Below, piece by piece: positions 50,401 to 55,877 of a stretch of 64,000 nt of DNA. Made by a program: the position numbers and the translations under genes. The notes beneath the pieces are model-generated. The model searched no databases. It was not told the origin of the DNA and saw nothing but the letters and a program-made list of their open reading frames with translations. The DNA comes from a virus: the IMG/VR virus record IMGVR_UViG_3300022200_000032, positions 1 through 64,000 of that record; one strand, 5' to 3'. Position 1 is the stretch's first letter. The number at the start of each line of letters is the position of its first letter.

Positions 50401-50559
50401 TGACGTTACTCCTGGGCCAAAACGACGACCGATATAACCCTGAGTTCTTTTCAGTTTAGGTTGTTGTGTCAACTGATCTAGAGTTGCGCTTAAGAACTCA
50501 CGATTGACGTCTGTTCTAAAAATTTCAGGTAAAAAATCAACTGAACGAATACGTGCCAT
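35416..50559 (-). CDS. Giant (5047 aa) baseplate wedge/fibre structural protein
   Basis: Uninterrupted ORF downstream of gp6; FLPEIFRT N-terminus, KPYHVKI motif, Ig-like modules, FG-GAP-like blades, GxGY repeats, RRGTAGT..H..GS.V C-terminus. Confidence 0.85.
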   Translation of the reverse strand: MARIRSVDFLPEIFRTDVNREFLSATLDQLTQQPKLKRTQGYIGRRFGPGVTSGNGYLLESSTIRSNYQLEPGVVFTDDDNKVTDAITYPGIIDSLAVKGANVTRHDRLFSSETYSWDPLIDFDKFINYGQYYWLPEGPDAVDVRATTIAVVDDFDVTTVDGSYNLSDIAGDNPTLTLVRGGTYTFNVNQESSFWIQSEAGVDGTLNYSPNISSRSVLGVVNNGEDVGAVIFNVPNADAQQFYYDLTDRSDVDLATMAKFNSIDRQLVENVTIDGISDLEGRTLVFLNTQEGDSEDLGWVREAMFDPISPEFGIETTIDSRGDRYSLYRIQYVRPDGSTDDGAFINLVKIDDITSIQEKFTIRYGATYSNRTFFKNSSGFFEEVPLLTAANDVLYYQDGTTANKFGVIKLVDQEGSEQLYVDDDIIGKTEYTSPNGVIFTNGLRVKFQGTTDPSTYSGNEYYVDGVGSSIVLVPVTDLVTPDLYVNNVSGENNAPQDLDYLTINRSSSDLNPWTRSNRWFHIDVINATAEYNNTVVSLDNAYRAKRPIIEFNAGTRLYNFGTESTAPINVIDFTETDALSNVHGSSGYSVDGYTLTNGSRVIFAADTDPEVKNKIYTVQIVDPDDDSTAYGEIINLYPADDAQILADQVVFCSSGNTQIGKHFTFDGSGWSASQEKTSVNQAPLFDIFDSNGYSYGDTSVYPSTTFTGSKLFSYKPGSSSTVDTVLGFSLSYLNIDNIGDIVFDNNQYTDSFVYVIDSASVNGETKNGFARKYTTRTAYTNEIGWTPSAERNWSRQVFTYEYNGSPLSLDVLPRTDLSIPAIKIYVNNKFVNPTSYNTNIYNNQTFVVFNDNTVSVGDLIQVKIISESASTVAYYEVPSNLESNIFNENPATFTLGTVRNHFNRLVENIDGFIGEINGANNLRDKGNVPAYGDVIVQHSAPVAPAAFFLRKSEYDFFNALDYNAKQYEKFKNQILNWIEQNDTYGLTTHQILDAALAAINHGKSSNSAYYWSDMLPFGGDYTEIEYTVSVISTENYSINNVYDFSNANSFGLLVYHNDTILLKDTDYTVATDGPRITLLITPSIGDTITIREYASTYGSYVPETPTKLGLFPRFDPEIYEDDTYVTPRNVIQGHDGSITIAFGDVRDDVLLEFERRIYNNLKSLDSGDVPLTVSDVIPGKFRETDYTDTEITEILSESLLNWVGWHKLDYKTQSYDATNEFTWNYSTATSRLDGSLLKGGWRGIYKHYYDTDRPHTHPWEMLGITDEPTWWEDRYGPAPWTSGNLVMWEDLEAGFINEPGNQRYDSRFVRPGLTTIIPVDSEGNLQHPMETLVANFNQTDLRKSWIAGDIGPVESAWRRSSNWPFAVQKLLALTKPAEYFSLMIDCDRYKYSDSVLQYVYDRRQRLDTRTVEIFDEANPKHSYINWIVEHNRNIGIETSVALGNYLSNIDVRLCYRVAGFTDKKYLKVFTDKSSPDSSNTSLLIPDESYSVLLYKNQPFGDLQYSGVMVQKTDGGYAVYGNSQTEAYFRILQSNTGGDYETINFGSNRYRLPRSFTNRVVRVPYGYTFTNINSVIDFLASYGEFLKSSGLVFEDIENNYTLDWGQMSNEFLYWANQSWGTGSLINLNPAANQLQYQRARAVVDDLGNLAINEQPLDQNRQPLLKKDYAITRLDNNFKITSLAADKGISYLRIRATAYEHLLVFDNVSIFNDLMYQPVTGLRQQRLRIDGYKTFEWTGQLDAQGFILNQDNVATWNANQNYNKGDIVKYKNAYWTAAIKIQPSEEFDFDEWTKVDYDSFSKGLLPNISNKSDQMRNYYNNSVANLESDADLLGLGLTGFRTRDYLESLNLDDISQVQVYGNLIRQKGTPANAKLFQGVEFDKEQAEYDIYENWAIKRATYGANDNKRFVEVALDNESLRSNPSTIEIGLLDAESDADQFIFVNDIYKQSIKNTTTNILPELTESLTDIGLPTAGFVNSDDVDITLFDLSDLTSINTQLEDVRDGTNIWVARSNVYDWNVYRCDSISPDVTTVIDNLNGTLTLIFNEPTGLAANDIIIIKQFNETINGAHRIRKINDATSVIINGNISGNESTLTGLGIAFKLVTARLDQASDAADSEFNTRLFEGDKIWVNSDVNGKWKVYEKKVPFSLSQSQTPTGASSDIGFGTSVAQGLNGTGCIVGAPGHLGGNGGLYCYNKTNSGYTFSNVLKDVKDIAYLGNSVSMASDWFIAGAKQTENNQGIAVVIHKDPALNLFQEYQVLTLPDADIGTEGALFGYDVVISEDEKWIYISAAGIGKVYAYNRNDYQDQTASFITNGNTASYDITNYIEVDNKTQITVTLNGETLTASEYNLTSNILTINDVPAAGLVVEVSRKKLVSAIGDGSTTTFAEVTELYTAIDEEAVQVYVDGVLQRPYYDYSFNIDSTVAIDFATAPAEDASIVFRAQDYYRYTDTISGSVSEGFGQTVGTTSDGQQLVVGAPTATNGALLNSGKVYVYERTVERFVVTNASVKTYETYRSVSDTNSVHLNNVHQLNSINNVGTQTYTINETLNTVTFSNGVTLHVGDEIDIDINTFQLVQTLSLTNNNQGAHFGEAQTICRTDCSIYVSAPRDNWALPEAGSVTRYLNRSRVFGTITGTVSNPTISVGDSIRIDNKDVFFTNTTVEQVAQDINAAIIPNVQANVNSDGQLVISVVNQDEAPILSKLTVMPGVGTAFDDLGLVPFENVQTIVSPAPNEYDHFGSSIHVDYSSTNLVVGANRAIARIPTTFNKNLTETVYDSDTTRFVDPIIEGGTAYTFDLLPSSNYQTPGKFVFGQQIYDSDINELDQFGTAVNFTDNLLVVTSPGYDATVENIGRLVVFENPTRVQAWQEIQSEPTVVDSRLTNYLYIYNKDTDLVSVYLDFIDPINGKLLGPVKQNLDYIGAVNPAVYNAGRAGSGIYWAQDHVGNLWWDTTQVRYLNYNQEDIVYSSKNWGQLFPGSSVDVYEWIESSVPPNQYTGTGTVRNSTEFSAVSGLDASRTVTTRYYFWVKNRSITNKAANKTLSARAIASYIENPQASGIPYAALIRKNVVALYNSDEYIADNYDSILHIEYNRTLTDNNVFVEYDLIRENYSNDFLPDLLYRKLQDSLCGVDTLGNKVPDFNLSPTDKYGVEFRPRKSLFRNNFAALKTYIDKSNLLIKDHPFSELRTFSLLTAQESIPTASSGAWNATVADLVELGYQNLAVAGVGYRYLVEVDENNNGLWTIYEVNNSLGLDLVRVQSYDTNRYWEYTNWYATNYDNLTKPSKIVNTYSELLTNFPDEGTVIKVNTNSNGKWELYAYLSGSWVRVGLQDGTIQFKNSLYDYTIDRYGFDSEVYDAQYFDQEPVLELRNIIRSINEEFLTGDFLDHRNQLLISVFNYILAEQGRVDWLYKTSLIDVNHKVRNLEEYAIYRKDNQDFVLDYINESKPYHVKIKEFLLRYEGIDTIDGTVMDFDVPAAYDTTYSKFVSPVLDDGIAILETDISNRKTEDTVWSTVPWNQWYDNRLLIIDNIVVTNGGSGYTVAPQVEIVGDSEILTTAVAIINEDGEVSAVNIVGSSYGEYRTTPTITITGGNGTGATATAYMKPSVVRSLNTTIKYDRYEYTSQIVNWEANTVYDENQLVRFNDRVYRAINADGSTASDSTFDPAEYQIVAADTLSGIDRTTGFYVSDVNNPGLDLALLIDGLDYPGVQLMGPGFGANTGFDVGNYDINLFDNLDYGPEGLPTYSESILDNEIFTSFTGSYVGVDLSGIDAVQSLATATVNTSTTEISEITITEIGKGYSADVPPSVTISAPRDNITATALATIDFATLTVDDIAVTSSGFGYITTPTVTITAQPNSPGETATGYALISAGSVTGVTLSNNGSGYTGPPTVTFSDPPSIVTSRARASVTTLSSTGGVTATTITNGGNSYTSAPAVTVTPPPASVTATATAAIAGYELSTVTLDVAGNYYSSAPTVTVAAPTAIAAQATASATIGGNQVQSISVDQPGYMYQTAPSVTITPASPTAGTNAAATVALDTTTVGFDGVDGDGDGFDAVAFDTEGGIGTFTILVEGDGYTSAPVVTISAPDISGGTQATASATVSGETAPLYAGQGRVTSITVTEPGSGYTTAPTVSIAAPDSNINHGTGATATATLDDTAVISIAVSNGGSYYDIAPTISIDPPTTVTTATVDSIVSGGVVTGFTITDNGWGYLETPSITIAAPDVTPVTAAFTANLTGDAVTSLTIDTAGAGYLTVPTLTIAVDPSVSNDIATGTAVMTNGNVYSVTITNAGANYATAPSVTFSDPTGTASHGTGATATAIVVNEQVTGITITNPGTGYDLAPTITISAPTRTTQPATGVPVIVGGSVIGITITDPGFGYLRTPTVTIGPPSDIDPDADIVGGEFIDVYNSHAPEELIPGAIFDTLDLKVHTLPGYDYLGNGHGFEVKSIVYANPGAGNIVAWGGLDARCAPTSALENRNLVQHPAELIVYNATTGTRLYEGINYTVNWADKTVQLNSGLGILDEVKIFVYGIGGGNQLYRNSYLGGEIVGNTLVLPINYDSIESVLVLVDGDEILSYSYAEGSFVSQTIIEFDNAYTDSNYINITVFGANPAEDGSTITDLEYSYPETEIFTCDGSTNTFTLSIDVDNKNRENLIVELNGRRLQPPTAKRHVGDGSSITTYELPDGMSTGIDMSEVDDDEVVVYVNQVRQVSGIDYQLDPADGSSYRTISFLAEVPGPYDIIDIYVTKTEGEIIDGIQQGTHAGYELGGDSSETLVIATGYGIDLNAGDTLAVTAWRDVREQDVFTQIFKGPVTVLEATRELFDTYGFDMDLFDRSTGAYATINVFDLETVVENTDRMWVTLNGRRLLPGSDYSVTNEGTTLVIAGGSISDTDVIAITTFTDSVVPDAVGFRIFKDMRDNVAVYRNNTGSQTFLTRTLKWTDDVIYVDDASKLGTPNLDAAIFGILEINGERITYRDVDLDNNTVSGLRRGTAGTGMHREHSAGSVVTDLSRGQLLQTPYNEIWYAQGATTASDGIALQQQTTIAAKFLKGL
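37400..39245 (-). repeat. 14 tandem ~40-aa Thr/Ser-rich repeats (ATATA..G.V..ITIT..GxxY..APTVTI..P)
   Basis: GxxY cores counted in translation: GKGY, GFGY, GSGY, GNSY, GNYY, GYMY, GDGY, GSGY, GSYY, GWGY, GAGY, GANY, GTGY, GFGY. Boundaries approximate. Confidence 0.85.
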
Positions 50560-50562
50560 TTA

Positions 50563-53500
50563 TTATACTACTCCACTAGTGTTTGTTAATCTTAGTTGGC
50601 TTGCTGTTAAACTATCAACAATTTGAATGTCATTTACTGTTGCGGCGCTAACAAAAATTTCGTTAGCATCACAACCAATTTCGTATAAATCGCCAAAACT
50701 CTTACTTGGATCTTTTGGTAATAGGATTACACTACCAATTATTCCACCGAGCTCTTCGTGAATGTAGGCTGCTAACTCCGAAAAATAAAAAGTTTCACCA
50801 AAGTCCCAATTATCAACATTAAAAAATGTATTAATTGTTTCAATTACACGACTTTTAATTTCTGAATTACTTACCACTGTATTCTCAAGTTTAACTACTT
50901 TGATGTATGCTTGTAACGCTGTTTCTGCTTTGCTACCAAATAGCGGTTTAAATTCAACACTATTAAAAATCATGTTATCACTAACCATTTTATAATTGTT
51001 TAGAGATTCATATAATGTAGTTAATTCGTCTGTGGTTGGTTGTGCAGGTTCTGCAACTGTGGCTGTTGTATCTTGAATATAACGCTGATATGCAGTATAA
51101 TAATCAGCAGTAACCAAATACAAGTCAATAATATTTGTTGATCCAGGATTAATGCGCCTTGTTTCGGGACTGTTATGTTTGTATTGGAATTGAATATCAC
51201 CACGCCCAATCTTAGAAATATAGCCTGTATCTTCTGCAATAGTACGCACATTATTACTAACAGTTAGAACAAAGAATTTATCTTCATTATACGCATAAAA
51301 AACCTGACCACTGCTATATTCTGCCTTAACTAATTCAATTTCGTCCTGCGATCCATAAATTGTATTAACAACTGATGTCGCTAATGGCAGATAACGCTCT
51401 AAATTATCAAAATCAACTGTTTGTTCAAAAAAGACTAGCTTATTGTTGGCATTCACGTCTGGTGCAACCAGTGTGTTGAAAAAATCTGGATCGTCTGGAA
51501 CACCATCATCATCAGTATCCGCAAAGCTAATTTCAACATTGAAATCATTAACAAATCCGTCTGTTTCAACAGTTTGACCGATGATGTCAAGACGCACTTC
51601 TCCAACCAATGGACTATTGCTATCTGGTTGACTGTTAGTTTTTAAAACCATTATATAATCGTTTACGGTTTTGCCAGTCTTAGGATCGTAAATCTTTTGG
51701 TTATTTTCGTAAAAGAAACGTGTTTCTGCTACACTTGAGAAATAGTAGTTCAGTGTACGACTTGTGACTGTGTAAGTCGTGCCAGTGCTAATAAACTTAA
51801 CTAACCAACTGGAATCCAGATTTAAATTTGATGTATCACCTGCGTTAGTCAATGCAAACGCACTAGTTTGATCTAAATTGTTAGCACTAATAATATACCA
51901 TTCACCAGTTGCATTGTTGTAACCTAAACCAAAATCTCTATATAATTCAATTTGTGCTAACAAGCTCTGTTCCAGTGCAGTAGGCAGGTCTGTGTTGAAT
52001 ACTGGAATCACTTCATCAGCAATTGCACCGGTTGGTACATAATTGTTAATTGTCACTGGACCAAGACCGTTAGCATCATTACCGGCACCACTGTTTGTGC
52101 CATCACCTGACAATACTTTAACACTTGCCCACAGATATGTTCTTTGTCCTGGGCCTGTTGGGGTGCCTGTTTGCAATCTGTTATTGCGATCAAAGTATTG
52201 CCCTGTTGGAGCCACAAATTTAATCAAACAATTCTGATCAACAAATTGGCGATCATCGCCAACTGTGCTACCAATGGAAATTGGTGTTTCATCTGCATCA
52301 TAGAAATAACCAGTAGTTTCATTAATTAGGCTTGTACTGCGGTTCCAGTTCATACCAAATATTTCTAAGTTCTTGCGATTATACTGGTTATAATAAAAGT
52401 GAAGCATTTGTCTACCAGCAAGTACTGGTTCTACCTGATTGCGAATAACATTTTCAATATCATTTTTATCAACAAATGTGAATCCAAATGCCGCTTCTGA
52501 AAATTCTTCATAAAATAAACCGTCACCACCAAACGCATTGATGCTGGAATATTTTCCAGTTGGATCAACCAAATCAAGATATCTGCTTGCACCAATGTTA
52601 CTGCGGTTAACTGCTTTTGATTTAATAATAGAACTGAACTGTGTATATGGGAAGTTATTGTAATCTTCTCCATTTACCATTCTATTTTGTGTATAATAAC
52701 GAGCAGGTGCTCTGCGTTTAATATCAGCAATAGTTTCTCTTGCACGACTGTTGCTTATGTTGTTTTGTAACCCAAGTGTAAATGTTGCAGTTTCTAAACG
52801 TCCACGACGACTAACATATGTGACACTAATGTCAATGTTTTGCATTTCGTTAGGATTTATAACATATTCAAGACCGTTAGAGCTTCGGGTGTAACTACGG
52901 AATGTGCCAACTGGAATTTCTGAGAAAACACCATCACCGAAGTTCATAGTAATTTGATCATTGGCACGACTTGATACTGAAAATAACTTTCTGCTCGCAC
53001 CTTCCTCTTGGGAACTGCTGCCATAAATGTTCTCAACTTGTGTCCATTGCTCAGTAATTGCACCAGTTGAACTATTAATTTTGTATAGCCACACATCGTT
53101 GTTATTGGTGCCTTCAATGTTAATATCAACCGTGCGATTAGCGATACGTTCTGGTAAACTAAATTCACGGGTTTCCAAAGAACCTTGTTTAAAATAAAAG
53201 AAGTATCCGGTTTCTGTGCTACCGAAACCTAACCCATCATTACGATATAATAAATTAAAATCACCACCTGGTCTCGGAATTGCTTCATAGATATAGGTTT
53301 TATCAACGCTTGTTCCACTCACTGCCTCAAACGACATGTTAACACCATCAACCTGAGCAGTAAACGGAATAACTGGTAATAAATTTGGTGCCAAGTTGAT
53401 TGTGTATTCGCTAGTGTTTACGCCCAGAATGTTTTGTGCATTGCCTGGATTGCCTACGGTTTGGCTGTCAATTAAAATGGCATTGATAATTGTTTTAAAT

Positions 53501-53964
53501 TGTTCTTGCCAATCTGGGTTAGTGCGATCGTTCCATTTAACAGTAACATTTGCTAGGCTATTACGATTGTAATCTAGCACAGATTCTGTTGTGCTAACTG
53601 CGGTTACTTTCAGATAACCACGAGCTGCTTGGTTACGCTTTGGTGTATATCCAACTAGTTTTGCTAGATTAACAACGCTATCACGGCGCTCTGCTGTGTC
53701 TAGGAAGTTTTCGCGACTATTTAAATCAACACGGAATGAAAGACTCTGGCCCATAAACGCCATTAAGTCAAGCATAGCTACAAATTCTGATGATTCTACA
53801 AAATCATTAAATGATTCTGGATAGTATTGACGCAGATAATCCACAAAACTTTTACGTAATGTTTCAAAGTTATAACTTTGAAAATCTGCTTCTCGATAAG
53901 TCTGATAGATTCTTTTCCAGTCTTCGATACCAAAAATAGTAGTTTGACGTGAAGTTGTGGCCAT
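50563..53964 (-). CDS. Baseplate wedge subunit (T4 gp6-like)
   Basis: FNDFVESSEF, ENFLDTAERRDSV..LA..VGY.PKR, FGDGVF, QNRMVNGEDY, WDFGETFYFSEL. Confidence 0.9.
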   Translation of the reverse strand: MATTSRQTTIFGIEDWKRIYQTYREADFQSYNFETLRKSFVDYLRQYYPESFNDFVESSEFVAMLDLMAFMGQSLSFRVDLNSRENFLDTAERRDSVVNLAKLVGYTPKRNQAARGYLKVTAVSTTESVLDYNRNSLANVTVKWNDRTNPDWQEQFKTIINAILIDSQTVGNPGNAQNILGVNTSEYTINLAPNLLPVIPFTAQVDGVNMSFEAVSGTSVDKTYIYEAIPRPGGDFNLLYRNDGLGFGSTETGYFFYFKQGSLETREFSLPERIANRTVDINIEGTNNNDVWLYKINSSTGAITEQWTQVENIYGSSSQEEGASRKLFSVSSRANDQITMNFGDGVFSEIPVGTFRSYTRSSNGLEYVINPNEMQNIDISVTYVSRRGRLETATFTLGLQNNISNSRARETIADIKRRAPARYYTQNRMVNGEDYNNFPYTQFSSIIKSKAVNRSNIGASRYLDLVDPTGKYSSINAFGGDGLFYEEFSEAAFGFTFVDKNDIENVIRNQVEPVLAGRQMLHFYYNQYNRKNLEIFGMNWNRSTSLINETTGYFYDADETPISIGSTVGDDRQFVDQNCLIKFVAPTGQYFDRNNRLQTGTPTGPGQRTYLWASVKVLSGDGTNSGAGNDANGLGPVTINNYVPTGAIADEVIPVFNTDLPTALEQSLLAQIELYRDFGLGYNNATGEWYIISANNLDQTSAFALTNAGDTSNLNLDSSWLVKFISTGTTYTVTSRTLNYYFSSVAETRFFYENNQKIYDPKTGKTVNDYIMVLKTNSQPDSNSPLVGEVRLDIIGQTVETDGFVNDFNVEISFADTDDDGVPDDPDFFNTLVAPDVNANNKLVFFEQTVDFDNLERYLPLATSVVNTIYGSQDEIELVKAEYSSGQVFYAYNEDKFFVLTVSNNVRTIAEDTGYISKIGRGDIQFQYKHNSPETRRINPGSTNIIDLYLVTADYYTAYQRYIQDTTATVAEPAQPTTDELTTLYESLNNYKMVSDNMIFNSVEFKPLFGSKAETALQAYIKVVKLENTVVSNSEIKSRVIETINTFFNVDNWDFGETFYFSELAAYIHEELGGIIGSVILLPKDPSKSFGDLYEIGCDANEIFVSAATVNDIQIVDSLTASQLRLTNTSGVV

Positions 53965-53972
53965 GGTATAAT
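53944..53972 (+). promoter_or_regulatory. Sigma70-type promoter antisense to the baseplate operon
   Basis: TTGACG-N17-TATAAT with extended -10 TGn and the GTATAATAC context of the early promoters; straddles the gp6 start codon. Confidence 0.5.
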
Positions 53973-53993
53973 ACTCTTATTTTATAATCGTAT

Positions 53994-54019
53994 TATTTAT
54001 GGTAGTTATAAACTGCGTA
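53994..54019 (-). promoter_or_regulatory. Putative late promoter, bipartite
   Basis: Minus strand TACGCAG-N12-ATAAATA; upstream element lies in palindrome TATAAACT-GCGT-AGTTTATA (54007-54026). Confidence 0.7.
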
Positions 54020-54021
54020 GT

Positions 54022-54396
54022 TTATACAAAAGATGCTGTTTGTGATTCTTCGTCAAATTTAATTTGAAGTACTTCTGGATCTAAACCAGAAACGAATGTC
54101 ACTACCAGTTCTAATATCACACCGCTTGGATCAGTAGTAACAATTATATCATCAATGCTGATCCGTGGATCATAATTTGTTGTGCGTTCAAGTTCTGCCG
54201 TTATTTGTCGTACAATATCTGGTGTGTTTGGTTCAAAAATAAAATTCCATAAACGTGTACCAAATGCTGGGCGTCCAGGCAACTCGCCTTCGCGAATCGA
54301 GAGTGCATTAAGTAGGTCTCGTTTAATTAACTCGCTATCAGTTAATGTAAACTTTTTATATTTGTCTATTGTACTAAACCCTTTAAAACGTGCCAT
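54022..54396 (-). CDS. Baseplate wedge subunit (T4 gp25 / GPW-gp25 family)
   Basis: FKGFST, LIKRDLLN, REGE.PGRPAFGTRLW.FIFEP, YDPRI; likely start MARFKG at 54396. Confidence 0.9.
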   Translation of the reverse strand: MARFKGFSTIDKYKKFTLTDSELIKRDLLNALSIREGELPGRPAFGTRLWNFIFEPNTPDIVRQITAELERTTNYDPRISIDDIIVTTDPSGVILELVVTFVSGLDPEVLQIKFDEESQTASFV

Positions 54397-54401
54397 AATG
54401 T

Positions 54402-55877
54402 TTATATCCATGTACCGGAAGCACCGGTTCCTTTATTATTTACTGTATAACAAGTCCATTTACCACCAGCAGCCTCACATTCTGCCTGTGTTGGGCCAAT
54501 TAATGTTGGATCAGAACATGAACAAACTTCAATCGGTTGATCGCTGGCTACCGCATTACTAAATGTATCTGTTATCCCACTTAACGATGGTAACTGGAAG
54601 TTACTTGCTTGCACAATGCCTGTGTAATTTGGTGATGGTACCTTGGGATTGCCAATTAAATTTGTTACTACATTATCAATACCCGATCGTTGAACGGTTT
54701 GTGTTACTGCCGGTGGTGTAATAGTTACAGGTCCGGAACTACCTCCACCAAACAAGCCACCAATTCCACCTAACAGGCTACCAAAAACATTTCCAAGAGC
54801 ACCGCCGATTGCACCACCAACGCCGCCAATTAAATTTCCAGCAACATCACTAATCGCACTGATTCCTCCGATACTTCCTGCCAGATCGCCTAGACTGCCT
54901 GTTAAACTCCCTGTTAAGTCGCCAAAGATTTCGCCGCCAAGATCTGCAAACCCACCTGTAATTTGCCCTAGTAATTCTCCAGCACCCCCAGTAACAAAAC
55001 TACCCAGGTCCGATCCAAACTGCCCTAACGCATTACCAAAACCGCCCGCAAAATCACCAAGACTACCAGTTATGTCACCAAATCCAATATCTCCAAAACT
55101 AACATCACCTAAACCAACTGTATCTGTTAACCCACCAGTAAAATCTCCGATGTCGCCTGCTACGTTTCCTAATACATCTCCGGTACCGCCTACTATTCCA
55201 TTGATACCGTTGCTAACTATGCTGCTGTCTCCAAGGCTTGGCAGTAGTTTAGTATCAACAAAATCAATCGCATATTGTCCACCACGGCCGGTTAAATCCA
55301 TTGCTGCACCTTGCAGTGGTCCTGGCACATTACCTGAAATCCAATCATTAGCAGCACCTACACCAAATTTAGACGCTACGTTTGTAACGCCTGCTACGAT
55401 GTCTGCATCTTCAAATCCTGTAATCGTGCCAGTTGACTTTAACCCAGACAATGAATTACTCATTATATCTGTTTGTACTGTACTTTGCAGTGATCCATTA
55501 CTTAATAGCGTGTCTACCGCGGTAATTCCTTCCTTGCCTGTCCAAACATTTGGGCTATTTAAAACTGTTTCGAGTTGGGCAGGATCATCAAGAAAACGTT
55601 CTACTGTTCCTGGTTTAATATAATTGTTATCTTCAAGCGCCTGTGCTGAAATTCCGTACTTACCTACTCCGGCTCCAAGAACACTTTCTGCTGTGCTTCC
55701 GGTTTGTGAAACAATTCTGTTAGTCATTTCATCAACGGTTAAACTGTTAGCACTTGCAACAGACTTTGATTGTTGGGCCATAACTGTGCCCAACTGATCA
55801 GCAGTTATTGATCCCAGCCCTTCTGTGATTCTGTCTTGTTTTGCTAGATCTGATATTTCAACACCGAGAATTGCCAT
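54402..55877 (-). CDS. Spike-associated protein: possible degenerate lysozyme-like domain, Gly-rich repeats, Cys-containing C-terminus
   Basis: GKYGIS..ALE...YIKPG..WTGKEG; GDLTGSLGD-type repeats; CSCSDP...CEAAGGKWTC; TAATG-coupled to gp5. Confidence 0.55.
   Translation of the reverse strand: MAILGVEISDLAKQDRITEGLGSITADQLGTVMAQQSKSVASANSLTVDEMTNRIVSQTGSTAESVLGAGVGKYGISAQALEDNNYIKPGTVERFLDDPAQLETVLNSPNVWTGKEGITAVDTLLSNGSLQSTVQTDIMSNSLSGLKSTGTITGFEDADIVAGVTNVASKFGVGAANDWISGNVPGPLQGAAMDLTGRGGQYAIDFVDTKLLPSLGDSSIVSNGINGIVGGTGDVLGNVAGDIGDFTGGLTDTVGLGDVSFGDIGFGDITGSLGDFAGGFGNALGQFGSDLGSFVTGGAGELLGQITGGFADLGGEIFGDLTGSLTGSLGDLAGSIGGISAISDVAGNLIGGVGGAIGGALGNVFGSLLGGIGGLFGGGSSGPVTITPPAVTQTVQRSGIDNVVTNLIGNPKVPSPNYTGIVQASNFQLPSLSGITDTFSNAVASDQPIEVCSCSDPTLIGPTQAECEAAGGKWTCYTVNNKGTGASGTWI

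Noticed and set aside
54182-54562. 126-aa plus-strand ORF as product of the antisense promoter
   Set aside because: Entirely antisense to gp25 and its neighbour, no SD, no recognisable motif.
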